This document shows, one piece after another, positions 9,448-19,548 of a stretch of DNA of 64,000 nt. The stretch is taken from positions 203,605 to 267,604 of the forward strand of contig CAWALD010000001.1 of NCBI GenBank assembly GCA_963782875.1, written 5' to 3'. Both the position numbers and the translations under genes were made by a program. The notes under the pieces were generated by a model that ran no database searches, had not been told where the DNA came from, and saw only the letters and a list, made by a program, of their open reading frames with translations. The stretch is from an uncultured Alphaproteobacteria bacterium. Lineage in GTDB: Bacteria; Pseudomonadota; Alphaproteobacteria; Rhizobiales; Devosiaceae. Every line of letters starts with the position of its first letter. The first letter of the stretch is position 1.

Positions 9448-10975
9448 TTACTCCGAAACCGTAACGGCGCTCAGCCCGTAAAGCGAACCTGTCGGGGTCG
9501 GCTCGAAACCGGAGACCTTGGGCAGCTGCGCGGTGTAGTTGTTCGGCGCATAGAGCCAAAGCCACGGCGCCTTCTCGGCCAGATGCTCGGAGAACTTCTG
9601 GAAAATCTCCTTGCGCTTGGCCGGATCGGTCTCGACACGACCCTGCTTCATCAGGCTGTCGAGATCGTCGTCGATATAGTTGGCGACGTGCTGCAGATTG
9701 CCTTCCTTGGTCCAGTAGCGATTGTACATGGTGTAGGGATCGGCACGTCCGCCATTCAGCGCCACGGCCTGTCGAAATCGCCCTTCAGCCAGCGGTCGAC
9801 ATAAACGTTCAGCTCCATCATCTCGATATTGAGCTTGATGCCGATCTCGGCGAGCTGCGACTGCAGCACCTGCGCCACGGCGGAGGCGGTGGGCGGCTCG
9901 CCAGTGGCGGCTATGGTCGAAATCTCGAAGCCGTCGGCCATGCCGGCGTCCTTCATCAGCTGCTTGGCCTTGTCGATGTCCTGCGTGTAGCAGAACAGCG
10001 AATTGGGATCGCTCTCATAGGCGGGGATGGTGAAGGGGCCCGTCACCTTGCCTTCGCCAAGCGCCGCCGTGTCGAGGATTTCCTGCCGGTCGATGGCGCA
10101 GGACATGGCCTGCCGCACTTCCAGCTTGTCCATCGGCGTGCGCGACGGGTTGAGCTGGAGCACGATGTAGTTCAGCCCCGGCTCGCGGTTGAGCTGCAGA
10201 CTGTTGTCCTTGGCAATGAGGTCGGCGACCAGCGGATCGTTGATCAGCGCGAAGTCGACGCGTCCGGCCCGCATGCGCGGCGACAATCGCCGTCTCGTCC
10301 GGCAGAACCGAGATGTCGATTTCGTCGACGCCCGTCTTGCCGCCGGCCCAGTTGGGGTTGGCGACAAGCACTTCCTTGGAATTCGGCTCCCAAGTCTTCA
10401 GCATGAAGGGGCCCGAGCCCACGGCATCCGTGCCGATGGAGCCGTCCTTGATGGCACTCGCCGGCACGATGGCGGCGTTGACGCTCGCCATGGCGACGAG
10501 GATCGGCGCATCCGGCTGCTGAAAGGTTGAACACCACCGTCTCGTCGTCCGGCGTATCGATGGACGAGATCAGCGCGTAGTTCGCGCGCGCCGCGGCGCC
10601 GGTCTGCTCGTCGAGAATGCGCTCGAAGGACGCCTTCACGTCCGCCGAGGTCACCTTGTCGCCGGTGGAGAACTTGGCGTTGGGATCGAGATGGAAGGTC
10701 AGCGTCTTGGCGTCGTCCGAAAACTCCCAGCTCTTCGCAATCGCCGGCACCAGATCGAGCTTGGCGTCGTTGCGCACCAGCGGCTCATAGATGAGCTCGA
10801 GCAGGCGCAGCGAGGAGAAAGCGGTCTGCTTGTGCGGGTCGAGCCCGGTGGCGTCCTGCGACCAGGCCATCTGCAGCGTTGCCGCCTGCGCTGCCATCGG
10901 CACCAGGGCGGTGCCTGCCGTCAGAGTTGCGGCAAGGGCAAGTCCGGTAATCAGTTTCTTGGGGGTCAAATGCAT
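9448..10975 (-). pseudogene. ABC transporter substrate-binding protein (family 5, peptide/nickel type), three frameshifts
   Basis: One protein is spread over ORFs 10244..10975, 10015..10491, 9756..10367 and 9448..9765. The junctions are near 10516-10530, 10272-10285 and 9765-9775. Signal peptide is MHLTPKKLITGLALAATLTAGTALVPMAAQA. The locus is 1528 nt. Confidence 0.8.
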
Positions 10976-11030
10976 GTCGGTGTTCCTCTCTCCTGTTTTG
11001 GTTCGGCCTTGAGGGCCGGTTTTGGGTATT

Positions 11031-12119
11031 TCAGTTTTGCGCGCCGGCAGCGCTTACCAGCCTGCCGCCGCACATAGGGTGGGGCACGCCCGTCGTGCCC
11101 GGAAACGAGATCGGCAGATCGAGCAGCCGCCGCACCGCCATGAAGGCAAAGGCCTGCGCCTCCAGCGCGTCGCCGTCCGCGCCGATCGCCTCGATCGGCT
11201 CCACCATACCTGGAAGTGCTTGGCCGAGCATGGTCATCAATGTGGCGTTGTGGCGTCCGCCGCCCGTCACCAGCCAGCGCAGCGGCGTTTCGGTCATGTG
11301 CTTCACCGATAGCGCAATGGCTTCGGCGGTAAAGGCGGTCAGCGTTGCCGCGCCGTCTTCGAGGCTCAGCCCCTCCACGGGCGCGGATGAAAAATCCAGC
11401 CGGTCGAGGGATTTCGGAGGCTTCCTTGAGAAATACGGGTGGTCGAGCAAGGCGTTGAGAACGGTTTTGTCGACCGTCCCGGTGGCTGCGATAGCGCCGT
11501 TCTTGTCATAGCTCTGGCCGGTATGTGCCTCCACCCAGTCATCAATCAGCGCATTGCCCGGTCCCGTGTCGTAGGCCAGCATCTCGTCGCCGTTCACATA
11601 GGTGATGTTGGAGACCCCGCCGATATTGACGAACACCACAGGCTGGGGCAGGGGCCGCGCCAGCGCCTGATGATAGACCGGCGCCAGCGGCGCGCCTTCG
11701 CCGCCCGCCGCCATGTCGTCCGAACGGAAATCGAAGACCGTATCGACGCCCAAGGCTGCCGACAGTTTCCCCGCATCGCCGAGCTGGCGGGTATAATGCT
11801 TGTCGGGGCGGTGAATGAGCGTATGCCCGTGCATGCCCACGACATCGATGCTGCGCTTGTCGGCGGGCAGCGTCTCCAGATAGGTTTTCACCGCTGCGAT
11901 GTGCCGGTCCGTCAGGTCGGCCTCGAGCGCCGTCACATCCATCTCGGGATTGCGGATGGCGAGTGCCAGCCGCGCGCGGTCTTCCGGCTTATAAGGAAAG
12001 GTCATGCCCGGTCCGGACCAGAGCACCGAATGGCCGTCTGTTTCGATGGCCGCTACGTCGATGCCATCCATCGACGTGCCGCTCATCAACCCGATCGCGC
12101 GGTAGCGGACAGCGCTCAT
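11031..12119 (-). CDS. anmK: anhydro-N-acetylmuramic acid kinase
   Basis: Start MSAVRYRAIGLMSGTSMDGIDVA, plus GGGRHN, and a length of 362 aa typical of AnmK. Confidence 0.9.
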   Translation of the reverse strand: MSAVRYRAIGLMSGTSMDGIDVAAIETDGHSVLWSGPGMTFPYKPEDRARLALAIRNPEMDVTALEADLTDRHIAAVKTYLETLPADKRSIDVVGMHGHTLIHRPDKHYTRQLGDAGKLSAALGVDTVFDFRSDDMAAGGEGAPLAPVYHQALARPLPQPVVFVNIGGVSNITYVNGDEMLAYDTGPGNALIDDWVEAHTGQSYDKNGAIAATGTVDKTVLNALLDHPYFSRKPPKSLDRLDFSSAPVEGLSLEDGAATLTAFTAEAIALSVKHMTETPLRWLVTGGGRHNATLMTMLGQALPGMVEPIEAIGADGDALEAQAFAFMAVRRLLDLPISFPGTTGVPHPMCGGRLVSAAGAQN

Positions 12120-12297
12120 GCGTCCCGATTTCCCATCATGAACCCCATGCGTCTACTATTGGACAAGTCTTTGGTCAGCGCAACACCTTTCGCATACCAC
12201 TTGTGGTTCCACCATTCCAAATTATCGAAATACGTGCTAGGTCAGGTGCTTAGAGTGGCACCAATGTAAGGCCAATTCGTCCAGGAAGGGTGCGGGA

Positions 12298-13203
12298 ATG
12301 GCATCAGACACGTCGACGCTCCGCCCGCTCGGGCTGGCGATCTCGGGCATGGCATTGGTCGCGGCGATGGACGCAACCGTCAAGGCGTTGGGCAGCCATT
12401 TCCCGGTGGTGGAACTTCTCTTCCTGCGCTTCCTGGTCGCCGCGCTGTGGCTGGCGCTCTACATCGCCGTCCGCCGTCAAGCCTGGCCCCGGCGCAGGGA
12501 TTGGCGCCGGCACCTCCTGCGCGCCCTCTCGCTCGGCGCCACCGCCTTTTTGTTCTTTACCGCGCTCACCCGCCTGCCGCTGGCGCTGGCGACCGCCATC
12601 GTCATGACAGGGCCGATCTATGTGGTGCTGTTCGGCCGCGTCCTGCTCAAGGAGGAGGTGAGTTCGCGCCTCGTCGGCGCCACGGTGCTGGCGGTGCTCG
12701 GCTCGCTCGTCATCGTCTTCGGCAATACCCACGTTTCGCTACGTGGGGGAGGAGACCCGGTCGGTTGGGCTGCCGCGCTCGCCGCGCCGATCACCTATGC
12801 GCTGACCGTCGTCCTGATGAAGACCCATTCGGGCAACGACTCACCTGCCTCCATCTCATTCGCGCAATCGGCACTCATCGCCCTGCTGGTGCTGCCGGTC
12901 ATGGCGCCAAGTTTCATCATGCCCGGCATCGAGCACCTGCCGCTCATCCTGCTCGCCGGCTTTCTCGGGGCGGCAGGCTATCTGCTGTTCGTATCTGGCC
13001 TTGCGCGTTTGCCGGCCAGCCTGGCGGGACTCGCGGATTACACGACGCTGCTCTGGGCGGCGCTGTGGGGGTGGTTGTTTTTTGCCGAACTTCCGGGCCT
13101 GGCCGTCTGGATCGGCGGCGCCATGATCATCGGCGGCTGCTGGTTGATCACGCGCCGCGGCGCGCGCAAGCCCGTACCCGTCGAACCCACGCAGCCGGTG
13201 TGA
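12298..13203 (+). CDS. DMT (EamA) family transporter
   Basis: About 10 predicted TM segments arranged as two EamA-like halves. Confidence 0.8.
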   Translation: MASDTSTLRPLGLAISGMALVAAMDATVKALGSHFPVVELLFLRFLVAALWLALYIAVRRQAWPRRRDWRRHLLRALSLGATAFLFFTALTRLPLALATAIVMTGPIYVVLFGRVLLKEEVSSRLVGATVLAVLGSLVIVFGNTHVSLRGGGDPVGWAAALAAPITYALTVVLMKTHSGNDSPASISFAQSALIALLVLPVMAPSFIMPGIEHLPLILLAGFLGAAGYLLFVSGLARLPASLAGLADYTTLLWAALWGWLFFAELPGLAVWIGGAMIIGGCWLITRRGARKPVPVEPTQPV

Positions 13204-13240
13204 CCATTTCAATACCAACGCCCCGAACGAGGCGGGCCGT

Positions 13241-13423
13241 TCAGTCGGGCTGGCTGTCCTGCCGGCGCTCTTCGAGAAAATGACTGGTGAAGTCGTAGAT
13301 CACCATCGCGATGCACAAGGCGATCACCACCAGCAGATCGGGATGCGGTACCTTGAAGGCGATAATCAGCAGCGAGCCTGCCACGAACGCCGCCGCGACC
13401 GTGGCTATGAGCTTGTCGAGCAT
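13241..13423 (-). CDS. small membrane protein (60 aa), downstream of amidase
   Basis: ORF 13241..13507 trimmed to MLDKLIATVAAAFVAGSLLIIAF. AGGGAG lies upstream of this ATG. Two hydrophobic helices. Confidence 0.5.
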   Translation of the reverse strand: MLDKLIATVAAAFVAGSLLIIAFKVPHPDLLVVIALCIAMVIYDFTSHFLEERRQDSQPD

Positions 13424-13436
13424 GGAATTGGCCTCC

Positions 13437-14795
13437 CTAATTCCTCTTCTCCGCCAGATGTTGCGCCAGCCAGTTGGCCGTGCGCAAAAGCCGGGCGTCA
13501 TCGCCATGCCGTCCGACCAATTGCACCCCCATGGGCAGGCCGTTCGAGGCCTGCAGCGCGGGGATGGTCACCGCCGGGGTGCCGCAAAGCGTCCATAGGC
13601 TGTTGAACGCCGGGCTGCCCGTCGAGCCGAGCCCTTCCGGGGCGGGACCGGGCGCGGCAGGGGTGACGATAGCGTCGAAACGCGCAAAAATTTTGGCAAG
13701 CATCGGACTGAGGATCTGCCGCCAGTCCAGCGCCGCGATGTAGTCCCGCGCCAAAACGGCATTTCCCGCCTCGATCCCCTTGCGCAGATTGGGGCCGAGC
13801 TGATCGCTCCCCCGCAGAGCATGGGCGTGAAAGCATTTGGCCAGTTCGGCCAGCTGGATGGTTTTTTGCGCCGCCAAAGCTTCTGCGAACACACCCGGCA
13901 GCTCGACTTCCTCCACCACATTGCCCAGGGCCGGGATCAGTTCTCCGAACGCATCCTGCAGGTCGGGTTCCGCCTCACTCCAGGCCGGCTGGCGCACGAA
14001 GGCCAGGGCAGGGGTCACGGGCGGCGCGCTTGTGGCGACTTCGAAGAGTTTGGACGTTGGGCTGGCCGTCGTTGCAGGATCGCCGGGGTCGAACCCCATC
14101 AGAACTTCGCCAAGCAGTGCAGCATCAGGCACGCTGGTTGCGAACACGCCGACCGTGTCGAGGCTCGGCGCCTGCGCCAGAATGCCGGTGCGCGGTATGG
14201 CGCCGAAACTGGCCTTGTAGCCGACCACGCCGCAAAAGCTCGCCGGCCGGATCACCGACCCCGCCGTCTGGGTGCCGATCGCCAGCGGCGACATGCCCGC
14301 GGCCACCGCCGCAGCCGAGCCGGAAGACGAACCGCCGGGCGTATGCGCGAGATTGTGCGGGTTGCGGGTGGGCGAGGGATCCATGAAGGCGAATTCGGTG
14401 GTCACCGTCTTGCCAAGGATCAGCGCGCCAGCCTGCTTGAGCTTCGAGACGATGAACGCATCATGTTCCGGCACGCGCCCCGCATCGACTTTCGAGCCGT
14501 TCTCGGTCGGAATCTTGGCCGTGTCGACAATGTCCTTGATCGCGACCGGCACGCCATGCAGCGGCCCCAGGCTTCGCCCCGTCTGCCGGTAGCCGTCCAG
14601 CGCCTTGGCCTGCGCACGCACGAAATCCGGATCGTGCCAGGCGAAGGCTTTTATCTCAGCGTCCTGCGCCGCGATCTGCGCCAGATAGATTTCGGCCACA
14701 TCGACGGCCTTCATCGCTCCCGATGCCAAACGCTCGCGCAGCACGCGCGCTTCCGGATAGGCGGTGTCGGCTTGGGTCATGCCCTTATCGTCCAT
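13437..14795 (-). CDS. amidase (amidase-signature family)
   Basis: GGSSSGSAAAVAAG amidase signature. 452 aa. Overlaps the upstream TRAP permease stop. Confidence 0.85.
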   Translation of the reverse strand: MDDKGMTQADTAYPEARVLRERLASGAMKAVDVAEIYLAQIAAQDAEIKAFAWHDPDFVRAQAKALDGYRQTGRSLGPLHGVPVAIKDIVDTAKIPTENGSKVDAGRVPEHDAFIVSKLKQAGALILGKTVTTEFAFMDPSPTRNPHNLAHTPGGSSSGSAAAVAAGMSPLAIGTQTAGSVIRPASFCGVVGYKASFGAIPRTGILAQAPSLDTVGVFATSVPDAALLGEVLMGFDPGDPATTASPTSKLFEVATSAPPVTPALAFVRQPAWSEAEPDLQDAFGELIPALGNVVEEVELPGVFAEALAAQKTIQLAELAKCFHAHALRGSDQLGPNLRKGIEAGNAVLARDYIAALDWRQILSPMLAKIFARFDAIVTPAAPGPAPEGLGSTGSPAFNSLWTLCGTPAVTIPALQASNGLPMGVQLVGRHGDDARLLRTANWLAQHLAEKRN

Positions 14796-16209
14796 AGAAT
14801 TGTCCCGGCAGCCAGAAAGCGATCTCCGGGAAGAGATAGAGCAGGATCATCGAGATGAACACCATGGCAAGGAACGGCATCACCCCCCTGAAGATCGAGA
14901 TGAGCTGCACATGCGGCGGCGCGATGCCCTTCAGATAATAGGCCGACATCGCCATGGGCGGGGTCAGGAACGAGGTCTGCAGATTGAGCGCCACCAGAAT
15001 GCCGAAGAACAGCGGGTCGATGCCGAAATGCGGCAGCAGCGGCAAAAAGATCGGCACGAAGATGATGATGATCTCCGACCATTCCAGCGGCCAGCCGAGA
15101 AGGAAGATGATCAGCTGCGCCAGGATCAGGAACGCCAGCGGGTGCAGATCGAGCCCGGTGACGAAGTCGGCGACGATCTGCTCGCCCCCCAGGTAGGAAA
15201 AGACCGAGGAGAAGGTCCAGGACCCAACGAAGAGCCAGCACACCATCGCCGTGGTGCGGATGGTCAGGTAGACGCTCTCCCGCAAACGCTGCCAGGTCAT
15301 CGCCCGGTAGAGCACGGCTAGCAGCATGCCGCCCAAAGCGCCCACCGCAGCTGCCTCCGAAGGTGTCGCCAATCCAAAAAGGATGGCGCCCAGCACGGAA
15401 AGGATCAGTACGGCCAGCGGGAAGAACGAGGTCAGCAGCATCCAGACCAGTTTCGGCCAGGGCACGTGCGGCACCTCGTCCTCGCTGAGCCTTGGCGCCA
15501 CGCTTGGCTGCACCCAGGACCGCACGACGATATAGACGAGATAAAGCCCCGCCAGCAGGAAGCCGGGGAACAGCGCGCCGGCATAGAGCCGGACGATGGA
15601 AACGCCCGAGGCGGCCGCATAGACAATCAGCATGATCGAGGGCGGAATGAGAATGCCGAGCGTGCCGCCCGCGCAGATGATGCCCGAGGCGAAGCTCTCA
15701 TTGTAGCGCGCCTTCAGCATGGCGGGCAGGGCGAGCAGCCCCATCAGCGTCACCACTGCGCCGACAATGCCGGTCGCCGTCGCAAAGAGTGCGCAGGTGA
15801 CGAGCGCCGCCACGCCCATCGAACCTGGAACGCGCCGCGCCGCCACCGACAGGGTCGAGAACAGCCGGTCGACGATGTTCGCCCGCTCGACGATATAGCC
15901 CATGAAAAGGAACAACGGCACGGCCGTCAAAACGTCATTGGCCATGACCGAATAGGTCTGGTTGATGAAGAGGTCGAAGATGCGGTTGTTGAAAAATCCC
16001 CCGATCCAGTTCTGGGTGAGGCTGAACCAGTCCGCGTCCCCGGCCTCCAGCAGCCGCTCAAACCCGCGCCACTGCCGGGAAGGATCGAAATAGGCGTAAT
16101 AGCCAAAGCCGATCCCCATCGCCATCAGCGTGAAGGCGATCGGAAAGCCTAGGAAAATCAGGAAGATGAAGATGCCCAGCATCGACAGGGCGATTTGCGG
16201 ATCACTCAT
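14785..16209 (-). CDS. TRAP transporter large permease (DctM family)
   Basis: 474-aa polytopic protein following DctQ and DctP homologues. Confidence 0.85.
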   Translation of the reverse strand: MSDPQIALSMLGIFIFLIFLGFPIAFTLMAMGIGFGYYAYFDPSRQWRGFERLLEAGDADWFSLTQNWIGGFFNNRIFDLFINQTYSVMANDVLTAVPLFLFMGYIVERANIVDRLFSTLSVAARRVPGSMGVAALVTCALFATATGIVGAVVTLMGLLALPAMLKARYNESFASGIICAGGTLGILIPPSIMLIVYAAASGVSIVRLYAGALFPGFLLAGLYLVYIVVRSWVQPSVAPRLSEDEVPHVPWPKLVWMLLTSFFPLAVLILSVLGAILFGLATPSEAAAVGALGGMLLAVLYRAMTWQRLRESVYLTIRTTAMVCWLFVGSWTFSSVFSYLGGEQIVADFVTGLDLHPLAFLILAQLIIFLLGWPLEWSEIIIIFVPIFLPLLPHFGIDPLFFGILVALNLQTSFLTPPMAMSAYYLKGIAPPHVQLISIFRGVMPFLAMVFISMILLYLFPEIAFWLPGQFYGR

Positions 16210-16808
16210 TTGCGTTCATCCCCGGGTGCGTCGCCCAGAGGCGCATTGGTGTGAAACTCCTTTTGTAGCGAGACCTCGGTCTCCTCGATGTCTTCGGCGG
16301 CCTTGGTCCAGTAGCCGTCCCTTATGCACAATATGCAGCGGAAGACCTGCGCAATGCCCTGAATCACCAGCAGCACCCCGGCGGCAACGATCACCATCTT
16401 GAACTGGAAGATCGGGATGCCGGCCGGCGAATTGACGCTCACCTCCTGATAGCCCCAGGAGCGCGAGGCGTATTTCCAGCCCGAGAACACCAGCGCCAGA
16501 ACGCCGGGGAAAAAGAACAGGAAATAGAGCACCAGCTCGACCTTGGCCTGTGTACGGGGTTTCCACAGCCGGTAGAGGAAATCGCCGCGCACATGCCCGT
16601 CGCGGCTCAAGGTGTAGGCGCCGCCCATCATGAACAGCGTCCCATACATGATAAAGGAGATGTCGAGCGCCCACGCCGTCGGCGAATTGAGCACGTAGCG
16701 TACGAAGACTTCGTAGCCGACCCCGAAGGCCATCACCATGATCAGCCAGCCGAAGGCCTTGCCGAACCATGCCGAGACCCGGTCGGCGAATTGGATATAC
16801 CAAAGCAT
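16206..16808 (-). CDS. TRAP transporter small permease (DctQ family)
   Basis: ORF 16206..16829 (TTG start) trimmed to the ATG at 16808 (MLWYIQFADRV). Four TM segments. Overlaps the dctM start. Confidence 0.75.
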   Translation of the reverse strand: MLWYIQFADRVSAWFGKAFGWLIMVMAFGVGYEVFVRYVLNSPTAWALDISFIMYGTLFMMGGAYTLSRDGHVRGDFLYRLWKPRTQAKVELVLYFLFFFPGVLALVFSGWKYASRSWGYQEVSVNSPAGIPIFQFKMVIVAAGVLLVIQGIAQVFRCILCIRDGYWTKAAEDIEETEVSLQKEFHTNAPLGDAPGDERK

Positions 16809-16880
16809 GAGGCCGCACCCCGAATGCAAGGAAAGGGCGGGGGCGCACCCCCGCCGGATTCAGTCTTGAAAACCCTGGCC

Positions 16881-18014
16881 TCAGAGTTTCAGCTTGCCGG
16901 GATTGTAGTGCTCATAGGCGAGCTGATAGTCCGGCGAGTTCATCAGCTCGTAGAAGACCACCCGCTCGACCCAGTCGCGCTGGCTGTCCATGACCTTCTT
17001 CATGAACGGATCCTGCTCGAGGTCGCCGATCAGCACGTCCCAGGCCTGCAATTCGGCGTCGAGAATTTCCTTGGGCGTACGCAAAACGTTGACGCCATTG
17101 TCCTGCAGCGTCTTGAGGTCCGTCGAATACTGGTTGAGCGCCAGCGCATGGTTGGAGGTGCTGGCCGCCTCGACGCCATATTGCAGGATCGCCCTCAGAT
17201 CGGGATCGAGATCCTCGAAGAAATCCCTGTTGAACAGATATTCGAAGGATTCCGAGGCCTGGTGGTAGGACGACAGCATGTAGTTCTTGGCCACGTCCTG
17301 CGCCCCGAACCGCATGTCGGAGGAGGGGTTGTTGAACTCGAACGCATCGATCACCCCGCGCTCCATGGCCGGCACGATTTCGCCGCCCGGAAGCTGGGCC
17401 ACGCTCATGCCCATCTCCTGCATCAGATCGGCGGCAAGGCCCACCGTGCGGTATTTGAGGCCCTTCACGTCGGCCACCGCCGTCACCGGCTGCTTGAACC
17501 AGCCGAACGGCTGCGCCGGCATGGGAAAGCCGAAGAAGCCGACCACGTTGAGTCCGAGAATGTCCTGGGTCAGCTCGCGATAAAGATCCTGGCCGCCGCC
17601 CTGATAGAACCATCCGAGCATGGTCTGGGCGCTGCCCCCGAACACCGGACCCGTGCCGAAAAACGAGGCAGCCTTGTGCTTGCCGTACCAATAGACGGCC
17701 ACCGAATGGGCCGCATCCAGCACGCCGTCATTGACCGCATCCATGACCTGAAATGCGCCCACCACCGCACCGGCAGGCAGAAGGTCGATCGTCATGCGGC
17801 CGCCCGACATGGCCTCGACCCTGTCCACATACTGGCGGGCGAAATCCATCCAGATGTCGGACGCCGGCCAGGACGTCTGCATCTTGACCACAAGCGGGCT
17901 CTGCCCGAGCACCGCTGGCGCTGCCAGGGTGCTGGCGCCCACGCCGCCTGCCGCAACGGCACTTCCACGCAAAAACGAGCGGCGCGAGACCGCGTTCGAT
18001 TGCTCTTCGCTCAT
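16881..18014 (-). CDS. TRAP transporter substrate-binding protein (DctP family), Tat-type signal
   Basis: SRRSFLRGSAVAAGG twin-arginine leader. 377 aa. Confidence 0.85.
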   Translation of the reverse strand: MSEEQSNAVSRRSFLRGSAVAAGGVGASTLAAPAVLGQSPLVVKMQTSWPASDIWMDFARQYVDRVEAMSGGRMTIDLLPAGAVVGAFQVMDAVNDGVLDAAHSVAVYWYGKHKAASFFGTGPVFGGSAQTMLGWFYQGGGQDLYRELTQDILGLNVVGFFGFPMPAQPFGWFKQPVTAVADVKGLKYRTVGLAADLMQEMGMSVAQLPGGEIVPAMERGVIDAFEFNNPSSDMRFGAQDVAKNYMLSSYHQASESFEYLFNRDFFEDLDPDLRAILQYGVEAASTSNHALALNQYSTDLKTLQDNGVNVLRTPKEILDAELQAWDVLIGDLEQDPFMKKVMDSQRDWVERVVFYELMNSPDYQLAYEHYNPGKLKL

Positions 18015-18161
18015 CGTGATATCCTCCCAATCGCGATAAATCAGGACGTCTCCCTCCCCGGAGACTTCCCGCGATTGAAAGGCTATTGACGGCGAAACTG
18101 CGGCGCAATGCCGCAGGTGGCGAATGCGCGGAAACTGGGTAGTCGCCTGTGGAAGGTGGCG

Positions 18162-18473
18162 CTAGCTCTGGTTGGTGAAGACCGTGTTCGGCGTCAGCTC
18201 CGCCTCGCGCGGCGCGTCTTCGTCGCCGCTGGTGTCGTCCTTGATCGCCGTCTCGGGACGATCACCGCCCGCCGCAACTTCGGTGTGCCAGTCCCCCTTG
18301 GCGTCCTGGAACTGGATCACATGCGTCGAGCCTTGCACGTGCTGGCGCTCCGCAGCGTCGGCCGCCGCCTGATAGGCGTCGTCATGGGTTGGGAAAGTCT
18401 CGGAAAACACATCACCCACCTTGTAGGCGAAGCCGCCGTCATGGGTGACGATTTCATAGGTTACGGTGGTCAT
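18162..18473 (-). CDS. small conserved acidic protein (103 aa; possibly DUF2188-like, from memory only)
   Basis: MTTVTYEIVTHDGGFAYKVGDVFSETFPTHDDAYQAA. AAGGAG SD. An exact EcfG-type promoter lies upstream. Confidence 0.6.
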   Translation of the reverse strand: MTTVTYEIVTHDGGFAYKVGDVFSETFPTHDDAYQAAADAAERQHVQGSTHVIQFQDAKGDWHTEVAAGGDRPETAIKDDTSGDEDAPREAELTPNTVFTNQS

Positions 18474-18519
18474 CTTGCTTCTCCTTTACGCTACCGCACC
18501 TTTCGGCACGCGGGAGCCA

Positions 18520-18544
18520 AACGCGATCCCTTGCAAGCCGTTCC
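18520..18544 (-). promoter_or_regulatory. sigma-EcfG type promoter, GGAAC-N16-CGTT
   Basis: The minus strand reads GGAAC (18544-18540), 16 nt, then CGTT (18523-18520). This is about 47 nt upstream of the ATG at 18473. Confidence 0.65.
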
Positions 18545-18588
18545 GGCACGAAACCGGACGCTGGGAAGCGTGCTGGAGAAGAAAGAGC

Positions 18589-19548
18589 CTAGGGGTTGAA
18601 GCTGTTCGAATAGAGCAGCGATGCCGCGACATATTCGCCGTCGCGCTTGGCCCGCTGGGTCAGCAGCCATTTGACGCTGCGCTTGGGCAGGAACCCGCGC
18701 ATGACGAACATCATCGTCTCCTTCAGCCGGATGCCGCCACGCCGCCAGCCCTGGTAAAAGCTCTTGAGACCGGAAAAGAAGTGCCGCGGATAGTGGTGTG
18801 GAGCCACATGACGCGCCTTGAAAGCGTAAAAGGCCTTGTCCGTCAGGGCAGGGCGCGCGGCCTCCGCCCACTCCAGCAAGGCGTGGGTGTCCGGCCGCCG
18901 CGATGACCCACCATCGTCCTCCGATTCGTCCCACCACTCATAGAGCGGCTCGGCCAGCATGCGAATGCGGGCGCCGGCTGCGTGGGCGCGCAGAACGAAA
19001 TCGACCGCCTCGAACTCCTTCAGGTTCTCCATGAACCCCAGGGACTTGGCGAAATCGGCACGCACGGCGAGCGCGCTGGCGCTGAAGCCTGCGCCGCGGC
19101 CGAAGAAATATTCGCCGGGATCCTCATTGGTCTGCAGAAGCTGGCGCGGGTAATAGGTGCGGGTCTGCATGTCGAGCACCCTTATCCCGCGCGAAAACAG
19201 CAGGTCGGCGACATTGGACTGGATGACTTCGGCCAGACGTTCCAGCTTGTGCCTTACGAAACGGTCCTCAACATCAAGGAAGGCGATCCAATCGCCCGTC
19301 GCAGCCTGTACGCCGACATTGCGGGCAGCGGACGTGTCGGCTTTCGAAGAGATCAGGAACCGGCATTCCGACAGCGCCGCGTCGGAGGCGACATACATGA
19401 GCCGCTCCACCGCCGGGCCATGGGCCACCACGATGATCTCGAAATCCGGATAGCTCTGCATGTGCAGGCTTTCGAGAGCTCGGTAAAGATGGGACTCGGT
19501 GCTATTCCAGGGGACGACAACGCTGATGAAAGGGGGATAAGTACTCAT
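18589..19548 (-). CDS. glycosyltransferase family 2
   Basis: ISVVVPWNSTESHLYRALESLHMQSYPDFEIIVV and a DVED motif region. Confidence 0.8.
   Translation of the reverse strand: MSTYPPFISVVVPWNSTESHLYRALESLHMQSYPDFEIIVVAHGPAVERLMYVASDAALSECRFLISSKADTSAARNVGVQAATGDWIAFLDVEDRFVRHKLERLAEVIQSNVADLLFSRGIRVLDMQTRTYYPRQLLQTNEDPGEYFFGRGAGFSASALAVRADFAKSLGFMENLKEFEAVDFVLRAHAAGARIRMLAEPLYEWWDESEDDGGSSRRPDTHALLEWAEAARPALTDKAFYAFKARHVAPHHYPRHFFSGLKSFYQGWRRGGIRLKETMMFVMRGFLPKRSVKWLLTQRAKRDGEYVAASLLYSNSFNP

Noticed and set aside
7466-9565. 699-aa ORF, and the 681-aa ORF 6306..8351, looking like giant transporter proteins.
   Set aside because: They are chimeric read-throughs. Each contains a good protein segment at its ends and out-of-frame nonsense across the neighbouring gene. 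They resolve into dppB-like, dppC-like and ATPase genes with frame breaks.
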